A stretch of 64,000 nt of DNA from the IMG/VR virus record IMGVR_UViG_3300035242_000035, positions 17,073 to 81,072 of that record; one strand, 5' to 3'. This document shows, piece by piece, positions 55,165 through 63,137 of this stretch; the stretch's first letter is position 1, and each line of letters begins with the position of its first letter. The notes under the pieces are model-generated. The model saw only the letters and a program-made list of their open reading frames with translations. It searched no databases and was not told where the DNA came from. A program made the translations under genes and the position numbers. The DNA is from a virus.

Positions 55165-56752
55165 ACCAGACGACTGGGTGGAGGTTACGGGCGCGCCAGC
55201 GGATGCTGGTCCAGAGGACTGGGTGGAGACGGGTGCCTCCTCAAGCGCGCCGGGGCCGGGGGAGACCTTTGTGACGAAGGCGGCGCAGGTCCCGGCCTTC
55301 GGCCTCGTCGACGAGCTCGCCGGGGCGACCGGCGCGGGCGTCATGGCCGCCCAGGACGTGCTCCAGGGCAGGGCCCGGCCGGACGGCACCTTCGGCAAGG
55401 ACTACCGGAGCTTCCGCGACGCCGCGCGGACCCAAGAGAAGACCCAGGAGGCGGAGAACCCCGCGGCATCGGCAGCCGGAACGGGCGCCGGGTTGCTCCT
55501 CTCGCTGCTGGCCCCGGGGCCGAAGACGGCTCCGAGCATCGGCAGGTCCGTCGCCGAAGGGGCCCTCGCCGGGATCGGGTCCAGCGAGGGCGACCTCACC
55601 ACAGGACAGCCAGGTGATCTGCTCCGGGCTGGGCTCGACACCGCCCTGGGCGGGGCGCTCGGGGCAGCCGGGAACAAACTCGGCAAGGCGGCCGGCCGGG
55701 GGCTTGCGCGGCTCCGGGAGATGGCGGGCAAGAAGGTGGCCGCCGCGATCGGGAAGGCCACCGCCATGGCGGGCAGGGAGGAGGACGCCTTGGTCGCCAC
55801 CCTCCAAGGGAAGGCCGGCGCTGAAACCCAGAAGGGCAGCCGGATGCTGGAGAACCTCCGCCGCATCCCGGGAAGCGCATCGGTGTCCGAGACCCCCGAG
55901 ATGCTCCTGCGCGCGGCGGACGCCGCCGACCAGGAGGCCGCCCAGCTCGCCCAGAAGGCGCTCGCGTCCGGGGTGACAGAGGAGGTGGCGGACTCGGCGG
56001 GCAAGCTGATCACGCCGGGCTCGAAGCTCGACGCCGCCGCCAAGGCCTCGAACCAACTTGAGAAACTCCGGCGCACGGCCGCCGATCTCCGCCAGCGCGC
56101 CATGGGCGGCGGGGCCACGCAGGAGGGGCTGGAGGCCGCGCGCCAGGCCGCCATCGCCTCCCCGGAGGCCCAGGCGCTCGAACACAGCGTCCTCGGCAAC
56201 GTGCTCGAGGACTACCCGGGGCAGGCGGCCAAGGCGCAGGCGGCGCGCGCGGCGGCCGAGCTCGCGGCGAAGGGCCGGGACCAGGCGGTGGCGGGGCGAG
56301 CCCAGGAACTGCTCAGCCGCAAGACGGCGGCCCAGGCGCTACGGGCGAGGCTCCTGCGGTACGGCGCCCCCGCGCTCGGCAGCGTCGTCGGGAGCGTGCT
56401 CGGCGGCCCCGTCGGCAGCGCAGTGGGAGCCCTCGCCGGGGCCGGGACGCGACCCATGGTCCGCTCCTTCCTGCGGATGGCGGAGGACCCGGCGGTGGCG
56501 TCCCGGCTCTGGGGCGGGATCGGTCGCGCGGCGGAGGTTGCTCCAGCCGGCATCGACCGGCTCCTGCGGCTGGCTGGGCGCGGCGCGGCGGGGCCGCTCG
56601 TCGGGGGTGGCGCCGTCGGGGCCGAACCCAACGACCAGGAGGAGCCGGTCATCTGGGACGAGGTTCCGGTCGCCGAGCCTCCTCCCGCCCCGACGCCACC
56701 TCCATCCAAACGCGGAAACAAGCGTCTGCGCCAGCTCGCCGCCGGGCGCTGA
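55151..56752 (+). CDS. DNA ejection protein (large)
   Basis: DW.E repeats, FG..DELAG, ENP.AS.AG, Gly-zipper helices. Confidence 0.68.
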   Translation: MASPEPDDWVEVTGAPADAGPEDWVETGASSSAPGPGETFVTKAAQVPAFGLVDELAGATGAGVMAAQDVLQGRARPDGTFGKDYRSFRDAARTQEKTQEAENPAASAAGTGAGLLLSLLAPGPKTAPSIGRSVAEGALAGIGSSEGDLTTGQPGDLLRAGLDTALGGALGAAGNKLGKAAGRGLARLREMAGKKVAAAIGKATAMAGREEDALVATLQGKAGAETQKGSRMLENLRRIPGSASVSETPEMLLRAADAADQEAAQLAQKALASGVTEEVADSAGKLITPGSKLDAAAKASNQLEKLRRTAADLRQRAMGGGATQEGLEAARQAAIASPEAQALEHSVLGNVLEDYPGQAAKAQAARAAAELAAKGRDQAVAGRAQELLSRKTAAQALRARLLRYGAPALGSVVGSVLGGPVGSAVGALAGAGTRPMVRSFLRMAEDPAVASRLWGGIGRAAEVAPAGIDRLLRLAGRGAAGPLVGGGAVGAEPNDQEEPVIWDEVPVAEPPPAPTPPPSKRGNKRLRQLAAGR

Positions 56753-56819
56753 CCGCTGATCGTTGAGCCCAGGCTGGATTTGGCGCACGCGGTGTCGGTA
56801 GTCTGATCCGCACGCGCCG

Positions 56820-57107
56820 ATGGCCACCCGAAACTCCCACCACGCCCTGAAGGCCGCGGGCCACGCCATCCGGCGCGCCCGGGAGCGCTACGGCGTCCAT
56901 CTCGGATTCGAGGAGTACATCCGGCTGTGCAAGCGGGTCGCGGGCGGGTACGGCCGGTTGGTGGGGCTGATGGCGGACGGCATGGAGGCGTGGATCATCG
57001 GCCATCACGAGAAGCGCATGCTGGCGGTGTTCGACCGCGAGTTGGGGCGGATCCGGACATTCCTGCCGGCTGGCACGGTGGTGACCTTGGTGGCCACGCC
57101 GCGCTAG
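56820..57107 (+). CDS. Small protein, HA..RA.ERYG...RTFLP (RelE/DUF4258-like fold?)
   Basis: Motif pattern only. Confidence 0.55.
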   Translation: MATRNSHHALKAAGHAIRRARERYGVHLGFEEYIRLCKRVAGGYGRLVGLMADGMEAWIIGHHEKRMLAVFDRELGRIRTFLPAGTVVTLVATPR

Positions 57108-57131
57108 GCCGGCCCCGCTTCTCGGTCGTGA

Positions 57132-57455
57132 TCATGGCTTGCCCTCGACCAGCGCGAGCACCGCCGCCGCGTGGCAGAACTCGCACGCCTCACCCACGCC
57201 CCAGTGCCGCCCCACCACATCGCCCGGCCGCCCGGCCCAGCACGGGTTGAGCGGGTCGTTCAGGCACCGCTCGAACTTGGCCACAGCGCGACGCAGCGCA
57301 GCGACCATCAGCCGGGCCGCCGCAAACAACTGGGCATCGGGCAGTCCCGCCACGGCAGCGATCACGCAATCCCGGTCGTGAACGCGGTACATCCCGTCCT
57401 GGTGCTCGGCGACGCGCATCGGCACGAGGCCCCGCTTCTCGGCCGTGATGGTCAC
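57132..57455 (-). CDS. Hypothetical protein
   Basis: DAQLFAAA..MVAAL; CEFC; coupled. Confidence 0.55.
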   Translation of the reverse strand: MTITAEKRGLVPMRVAEHQDGMYRVHDRDCVIAAVAGLPDAQLFAAARLMVAALRRAVAKFERCLNDPLNPCWAGRPGDVVGRHWGVGEACEFCHAAAVLALVEGKP

Positions 57456-57643
57456 GGTTGCCGGCCCTCGGCCTCGGCGACGATGGCGACGGCTGCCTCG
57501 TGCGCCTCAGCCAGCGCCCGGTAGTCCCCATCGAGCAGTTCGTAGCCAGCGTGATTGCCGTCCGCGTCGCGGAGTTCTCGCTTCAGAATCCAGACGCCCT
57601 CGTGCGACCAGAGCCACGGCCCCGGCGTGTGCCTCGTCTCCAT
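57452..57643 (-). CDS. HTPGPW family small protein
   Basis: METRHTPGPW; GAGGAGG RBS. Confidence 0.6.
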   Translation of the reverse strand: METRHTPGPWLWSHEGVWILKRELRDADGNHAGYELLDGDYRALAEAHEAAVAIVAEAEGRQP

Positions 57644-57672
57644 GTGCGTCCTCCTCGGTTGCGTCGTCATCG

Positions 57673-57978
57673 TCACGGCTTCGCCTCGGTTTTACGGAGC
57701 GTCTGACAGCCGTCGCGGCACACCCAGAACATGTCCCCGGCCGCGTTGTTGGCCTGCTCCAGGTAGCAGGAGATCGTGTGCCGAGCGGCCCTTGCGCCGC
57801 CCGCGTGCGCCAGAAGCGCCTCGCCCAACTGCCGGGCCTGCGAGGCACTCAGCGTCGTCGTGGTCTCCTCGTCGCCGGTATCGATGGTGAGCCGCACTTC
57901 AACCGCCACGGGCCCCTCGACCGACCGCACCCTCACGACGTCGTCCGCCGCGATCGTCTCCACCTTGTCGACCTGCAT
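57673..57978 (-). CDS. Hypothetical protein
   Basis: GGGAGG RBS; LSASQARQLGEALL. Confidence 0.6.
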   Translation of the reverse strand: MQVDKVETIAADDVVRVRSVEGPVAVEVRLTIDTGDEETTTTLSASQARQLGEALLAHAGGARAARHTISCYLEQANNAAGDMFWVCRDGCQTLRKTEAKP

Positions 57979-58049
57979 GATCGGCCTCCCGAAACCACTG
58001 CGTTGTCCGTCGTCCTCGCTGGCAGCCCAACTCGCGCCGCCCTGCGCCG

Positions 58050-58289
58050 TTACGCCACCACCACGAACCGCTTGGGGGCGCCCTGAAGGATCCCGCCGCA
58101 GGCGAGAACCCGGCCGCCGTTGGCCACGGCGTACTCCGCCGCAGCGGCGTAGGTGCTGAACTCGTTCGCGCGCACCGTCCGGGGCGCGGGCGCCGACATC
58201 CGGCAGAAGGGCGTCAGCCCGCGAGCGGCGCGGACCGCGCACGCGGCGTTCCCACAGGTGCAGTCGGCCCTCGACGTGCTGTCGTTCAT
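58050..58289 (-). CDS. Hypothetical protein
   Basis: ATGA coupling. Confidence 0.5.
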   Translation of the reverse strand: MNDSTSRADCTCGNAACAVRAARGLTPFCRMSAPAPRTVRANEFSTYAAAAEYAVANGGRVLACGGILQGAPKRFVVVA

Positions 58290-58579
58290 GACGCCGACCT
58301 GTACGCGTGGGCCGCCTCGCGCAGGTCGAAGCCCCTGCGGAAGTGCTCGTTCACCCGGGTGCGCCGCGCCACGTCGTACACCCTGGCCGCATCGCCCTGC
58401 GTCATGACGACGCCGTTGAGCTCCAGCCGCCATCCGCCGCGCTGCGTGTAGCCGAGCTTGTATCCAGGCGCGGCTTCCGGAGCTCTGCGCTGAGCGACGA
58501 GGGCATAGCGCAGGACGTACTCCTTGTGGTCCACGCCGAGGTTGCCGACCGCATCGAACGCATTCCGGTTGATGGTCAT
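58286..58579 (-). CDS. Hypothetical protein, first gene after sigma54 promoter
   Basis: ATG lies at about the predicted +1 (leaderless). Confidence 0.6.
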   Translation of the reverse strand: MTINRNAFDAVGNLGVDHKEYVLRYALVAQRRAPEAAPGYKLGYTQRGGWRLELNGVVMTQGDAARVYDVARRTRVNEHFRRGFDLREAAHAYRSAS

Positions 58580-58591
58580 GCCATCTCATAC

Positions 58592-58607
58592 AGCATGCGT
58601 CATGCCA
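58592..58607 (-). promoter_or_regulatory. Sigma54 -24/-12 promoter TGGCATGACGCATGCT
   Basis: GG-N10-GC; about the same distance from the repeat as at 27949. Confidence 0.68.
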
Positions 58608-58681
58608 CCGACCCGCCTCAACAACATCGCCAACTTGCGGAGACGCGCGCTGCGCCCGACCGTCCGCGTCTCGGACGCCTT

Positions 58682-58712
58682 CGCGCAAGTGCCTGATCTT
58701 CGCCGTCCTATT
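58682..58712 (-). repeat. Dispersed regulatory repeat, copy C (IHF-like)
   Basis: AATAGGACGGCGAAGATCAGGCACTTGCGCG, 28/31 identical to 27846-27876. Confidence 0.85.
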
Positions 58713-58827
58713 CGAGACCACGGGTGGAGCGTGCGTGCACCACTCGTCGCCGTCACGCTGGCGCGCGCGGGTGGCGAGCAGGTAGCCTCCGGGTGCCACA
58801 CCCACGCCCCAGCAAGGACACCCGCCC

Positions 58828-59751
58828 ATGCCCCGCGACTCCTCAGGAGCCATGACCCTCCCCTCAGGGAACCCGGTCGCCACCCTCACGCCCATCGACT
58901 CCGCGGTCCACAACAACACCATGGAGGATTTCCGGGCCGAGATACAGATGAGCTTGGACCGCGACGGACGCGGAGGAATGTCGGGCTCGCTGAAGCTGTC
59001 GGACGGAACGAGCGTGGCTGACCCAGGGGCGCAGTTCAGGTTGGACGCGGACACCGGGTTTTGGAGAGCTGGGGCGAACGACATGCGCGCGGTGGCGGGC
59101 GGAGTGTCGCTCCAGTCGTGGACCCCGACGTCGGTGGGCTTCGGGGTCAACGTGGCGGTGACCGGCAACATCACGGCGACGGGGAACGTCACGGCGACCG
59201 GCAACGTGGCTGCCGGCGGGAACCTGACGGCGACGGGGAACGGAGCGATCAACGGCAGCGCGTCCGTTGGTGGCGCACTGGATGTCTCCGGGACGGCATC
59301 CGCGGCGGTGCCGACGCTGGCCGGCCACCTCACGCGGAAGGACTACGTGGACGCCCTCGTTAAGGTGACCCCGCTTTTCTTTGGCATGGCTTACGTGACC
59401 CAGGCGTTCCCCAATGCGCTAACCGTTCCACCAGGGTGGGGTACTGCGCCGCTCGTCGCATCGAACGACAGCGCGCCGGCCATCATCATCACCGAGGCCT
59501 GCACGATCTCGAAGATGTACATCTCCGCGACGGCGAATACCTATGCAGCCGGGTTGACATTCACGGTGTACAAAAACGGCGTGGCCACGGCGTTGACGGC
59601 AACGCTGGCGGCAGGAGCCACCAGCGCGTCCGATACCACGCACTCGTTCACCGCTGTCGCGGGAGACAGGATCATGGTGCGCGTCGATGGGGCGGCCGCC
59701 GGCGCCACGCTCGCCGACACGAGCGTCTCTATGAAGTGCTCCTTCGGCTAA
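58828..59751 (+). CDS. Tail fibre/receptor-binding protein
   Basis: MPRDSSG..TLP.GNPV...NN...D...S..RDG anchor, VTGNITATGN repeats, TRKDYVD, lower-GC beta-sandwich tip. Confidence 0.82.
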   Translation: MPRDSSGAMTLPSGNPVATLTPIDSAVHNNTMEDFRAEIQMSLDRDGRGGMSGSLKLSDGTSVADPGAQFRLDADTGFWRAGANDMRAVAGGVSLQSWTPTSVGFGVNVAVTGNITATGNVTATGNVAAGGNLTATGNGAINGSASVGGALDVSGTASAAVPTLAGHLTRKDYVDALVKVTPLFFGMAYVTQAFPNALTVPPGWGTAPLVASNDSAPAIIITEACTISKMYISATANTYAAGLTFTVYKNGVATALTATLAAGATSASDTTHSFTAVAGDRIMVRVDGAAAGATLADTSVSMKCSFG

Positions 59752-59768
59752 CGCTCGGAATGGTCGGG

Positions 59769-60254
59769 TCAGGGGTGAGAAGCACGCCAAGCCGCGTCCG
59801 CTAGCGCGAAGCCAGGAACATCCGCCCAACTTCGATGCTGACGTGAGCCGTTTTCTGTCACCCCCAACGCGCGCGCCTCAAAGAAATGGAGGGCTTCGTG
59901 AGCCAGCGAATGAAGCGAAGAGTCGGTGAGCACCCATCCGTTGTAGGGGTCGAAGGACCCGGTCATTTCAACGGCACTCTCGTACGGCGGGATCGAGAAC
60001 GATGCCGAGTGGACCCAAATGATGGCGTCTCCCCATGCTTCCGAGGACATCAGGGCCACGTGGGCCCGCTCCATCGTCTGAACCAGATCGAGCGCGGCTG
60101 ACTCTGTGTCTTCACAGGTGAAATCGACGCTGGCCTGCAATCGGATCTGGAAGACGAACACCGAAGGGCAGATACGGGCGGCCTCGAACGGCACCGGCGT
60201 TTGGTTGCAGGCAAACAAAACCGCCGCCAGCACTACTGGTGCGATGCATTTCAT
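59769..60254 (-). CDS. Lipoprotein with HExxH zincin motif
   Basis: Lipobox VLFAC; SLAHEALH. Confidence 0.72.
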   Translation of the reverse strand: MKCIAPVVLAAVLFACNQTPVPFEAARICPSVFVFQIRLQASVDFTCEDTESAALDLVQTMERAHVALMSSEAWGDAIIWVHSASFSIPPYESAVEMTGSFDPYNGWVLTDSSLHSLAHEALHFFEARALGVTENGSRQHRSWADVPGFALADAAWRASHP

Positions 60255-60280
60255 GACAGACTCCGTTGTGAATGGTGGTG

Positions 60281-60315
60281 ATGAGCCCGGCCTGTTGCGA
60301 GCAGGCCGGGCTCAT
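60281..60315. terminator. 14-bp perfect hairpin ATGAGCCCGGCCTG-N7-CAGGCCGGGCTCAT
   Basis: Inverted repeat seen directly; no U tract, so function is uncertain. Confidence 0.45.
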
Positions 60316-60465
60316 ATGGTGGATGGGGTTGGAGTCGATTGGGCGGCCGGGACGAAGGCCGTGGGATCCGTGCAGATCACGGCATATACCGGCGCCGGGC
60401 TCTACAACATGGGCGCTGGCAATGCGGCTCGTGTTGGGGTGGCGATCTTCGGTCCGGGCGCCTAA
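60316..60465 (+). pseudogene. Possible orphan tail-fibre C-terminal fragment
   Basis: ..GSVQITAYTGAGLYNMGAGNAARVGVAIFGPGA*, beta-rich, no RBS. Confidence 0.4.
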
Positions 60466-61064
60466 GGCACTCTAACCACGCACGCAATGCCGGCATCGAC
60501 GGCCGTGCATGCGTTGATCTGGGACACGCCCCTGAAAGGACAGCACCAGTTCCCCTGGAAACAGGGCCCTCCCTCATTGGCCACCTGCCCTACGGATCCG
60601 CCATCGGGTAACCGAATCGGCGAGCTCCAGCAGGTGCCTGGGTTAGGTTGGCAACGAAGTTCGCCGCCGCGCCCAGAGAGACAGGCCAGGCCCGGGCAGC
60701 ACCAGAGGTTATCGAGACACGTCGAGCCCACAGCCCCGGGGCCGGCGCCGCCAGGGGCGCAAGAGGGGGCGGTGGCGCAGATCGGGGAAGTGGCTCGCCC
60801 AAGTCCATCCATGCAAGTCCGATTGCCGGCACAGTGCGCCCCACCACAGCACGGCCCGAACTCGTACCCGCACGACAAACACAGCCCCGTCGCTGAATCC
60901 AGAACAAGGCCGGCGTGGCACGACCCGTCTGCGCAGGGGCTATCATAGTCACCGCCGCACTTGTCGCGCTCGCGCTCGCAGGCCAGGCTGATGCTCGCAA
61001 AGACAATCACCGACACGACGCGCGCCCATTTCTGCGCCATAGGCGTGGCTCCCGACTTCAGCAT
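60462..61064 (-). CDS. Cys-rich lipoprotein
   Basis: RBS GAAAGGGAAGG; lipobox ISLAC; more than 20 Cys with CC and G.PC repeats. Confidence 0.75.
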   Translation of the reverse strand: MLKSGATPMAQKWARVVSVIVFASISLACERERDKCGGDYDSPCADGSCHAGLVLDSATGLCLSCGYEFGPCCGGAHCAGNRTCMDGLGRATSPICATAPSCAPGGAGPGAVGSTCLDNLWCCPGLACLSGRGGELRCQPNPGTCWSSPIRLPDGGSVGQVANEGGPCFQGNWCCPFRGVSQINACTAVDAGIACVVRVP

Positions 61065-61115
61065 GGATTTGTTCCTTCCCTTTCGCCACCGGCAATCCCG
61101 GGGGACGAGCGGAAG

Positions 61116-61175
61116 AATGCGCCAGATTTCCGGATAGCGCAAGAGGGGCAGAGTAAATGCCTCCAGATTTCCGGA
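61116..61175. promoter_or_regulatory. Direct repeat CCAGATTTCCGGA x2 in divergent intergenic region
   Basis: 61122-61134 and 61163-61175, each preceded by AATGC. Confidence 0.6.
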
Positions 61176-61237
61176 CTTCCGGGGTGAAATTAGACCCATT
61201 TCCACCAGCGGAGAAATCGGGCAGTCTTCATGCCACC

Positions 61238-61870
61238 ATGAGCGAACCCAGCGAGCCCAACATTTGCCGCGTCCCTGGCTGCGGCCGTCCCGTCCACGCG
61301 ACGGGGCTCTGCCGCACCCATTACGACAAGGGCGAGAAGTACAGGATCCGCGGCTACACCCCTCGGGGCTCAGAACGCGAGTTCTACGCCGGGATCAAAG
61401 TAGAGCCGGCCACCCTCCAGGCGCTTGAGGGCGCGGAGAAGCTGACCAGCCTGTCGCCATCCGTGGTGCTCGGACAAGTGGCGGACGGCTGGGCGCGGAA
61501 GGAAGTGTGGAACCCCCGGAAACACGTCCGGGCTGGCGCGGCGGTCGTGGCGTCACTCGCGCTGGCGGGGATGATGGGGTTCCACTGCGCACCGCACGCG
61601 GTGAGGCCCAGCGGGCCCGCGGCCGAGGTGGTGTCGAAGGCAATGCCGCCGGGGCCGCTGGAGGGGCAGGCCCGCCCGCCGTGCGAGGAGCCCACGGTCG
61701 AGAAAGTCGGTGGTTGCTGGGGCGCGGTGCGCTACCCGGATGGCAGACAGAAGCGCGGCTGTTTGGAGTCGAAGCTGATGTACGAGGACAAGGACGGCCT
61801 ATGCTGGCTTCCTGCCTGGGAGAAGCCGCCGCCGCGTATCCCCACGAGCATCGAGATGCACCCGCAGTAG
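61238..61870 (+). CDS. Membrane-anchored ZnF/RHH-like protein with myxobacterial kinase-type extracellular Cys domain
   Basis: CRVPGC..GLCRTHY; strand-helix-helix; TM AAVVASLALAGMMGF; MPPGPLEGQARPPC..GGCW..C..YE..G.C.LP..PR.PTS. Confidence 0.72.
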   Translation: MSEPSEPNICRVPGCGRPVHATGLCRTHYDKGEKYRIRGYTPRGSEREFYAGIKVEPATLQALEGAEKLTSLSPSVVLGQVADGWARKEVWNPRKHVRAGAAVVASLALAGMMGFHCAPHAVRPSGPAAEVVSKAMPPGPLEGQARPPCEEPTVEKVGGCWGAVRYPDGRQKRGCLESKLMYEDKDGLCWLPAWEKPPPRIPTSIEMHPQ

Positions 61871-61903
61871 CGTCAACCCGTCCCACCGAAAGAAGAGGTC
61901 CCC

Positions 61904-62233
61904 ATGAATAGGCTCCCGTTCCTCCTCGTCATCTTGGGTTGCGGCTCCCTCACGCAGCTCGCCGTCAAGGAGGTCGACTCCAAGCGGGTCGAGGTGACGA
62001 ACCTCCAGTCCGGACCAGTGGTCTGCGGCCTCGCGCCAGAAGGCACATCCTGCGGATCACCGGGCGTTCTGCCTGGGGACATGGCCGAGAGGAAGTGCGT
62101 GCTCCCGGGGGAAGTGGTCATCCTTCCGCGCCTGCCAGGACGGATGCTGTGCTGCTCCGGCGTGCTGCGCTGTCCCGGACAAGACGGCCTCGGCCGTGGC
62201 CCCTCGGGCATGGGCTCGGCGGAGTCCTGGTAA
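61904..62233 (+). CDS. Cys-containing lipoprotein
   Basis: MNRLPFLLVILGC lipobox; AGAGG RBS. Confidence 0.65.
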   Translation: MNRLPFLLVILGCGSLTQLAVKEVDSKRVEVTNLQSGPVVCGLAPEGTSCGSPGVLPGDMAERKCVLPGEVVILPRLPGRMLCCSGVLRCPGQDGLGRGPSGMGSAESW

Positions 62234-62282
62234 CGCCGTGGGGTTCCACGCGGTTGGAGGAGTGGTCGAAAGGAGAGGACCG

Positions 62283-63137
62283 ATGCAACGATTGACGGCG
62301 CGCGAGCGCTTCATGAGGAAGGTCGTGGTCGAGGTGGGCGAGCACTGGCGCTGGCTCGGGAAGGCCAAGAACGGCCGCGGGTGGTTTCGGTTCGCGAGCG
62401 GCGAGAGGCAGGTGCGCGAGGCGGACCGCGCAGCCTGAACGCTGTTCCGCGGGGACGTGCTGCCCGGCCACGTCGTCCGCTATTGCTCGGGCTGCGTCAA
62501 CCCGTGGCACGCTCGGCTCCAGCGGGCCGAGGAGTTCACTCAGGAGATTCGCCTCCCAGCCCCTCTGCGTGGCGAGGCCACCCCTCAGGCCAAACTCGAC
62601 GCGAAGACCGTCAGGCGCGTCGTTCGTCTATGGAACAGCGGGTGGACCGGGAGGCAAATCCGCGGGCGCATCGGGCCACGAGTGACCGTCCATGCCATCC
62701 AGGCGATCACCACCGGCCGGACTTGGCAGTGTCTCGACCTGGCGATCACCAGACAGCCACGGCGTGGGCGCTGGCGCACCGGCCACCAGGTGCTGACCGA
62801 CGTCGAGGTGATGATCGCGCGGCACCTCCACGCCTGCGGTTACGGCGTCCGCGAGTCCTGGCGCCGCTGCGGCACCAGGGCCGGCGAGGGTGCGACCACC
62901 CAGGCAATCAGCGGACGCACGTTCCGCCACCTGCCGCTGCCCGTGTACCCGAGGGAGGCGCTCGCGCTGCCTGGTAGCGCGGCCCTCGTCCGTGTGCGCC
63001 GTGCCGCTGACGTGTTCGTGGACCCCGAGGAGTACGCCCGCGCGCAGTTGCTCGACATCAGCGGCATCCCGGGCTCGGTGATCGACGACGTGGCCGGGAG
63101 CATGATCGAGCAGGAGCGCGAGAGGCGTGGTCGGTGA
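62283..63137 (+). pseudogene. Degenerate HNH with two HTH repeats, in-frame TGA at 62436-62438
   Basis: ERFMRKV..WRWLG..G.F..ADRAA*TLFRG..CVNPWH in one frame; RGE..PQAKL. Confidence 0.72.

Noticed and set aside
56820-57107. Toxin-antitoxin pair
   Set aside because: Only a weak RelE-like pattern and no adjacent co-oriented antitoxin.
58828-60465. Invertase-driven tail-fibre switch
   Set aside because: No recombinase gene or inverted crossover sites; the fragment is co-oriented with the fibre.
62436-62438. Genome-wide TGA-to-Trp recoding
   Set aside because: Most genes end in TGA, with many ATGA/GTGA overlaps; this is a single isolated case.
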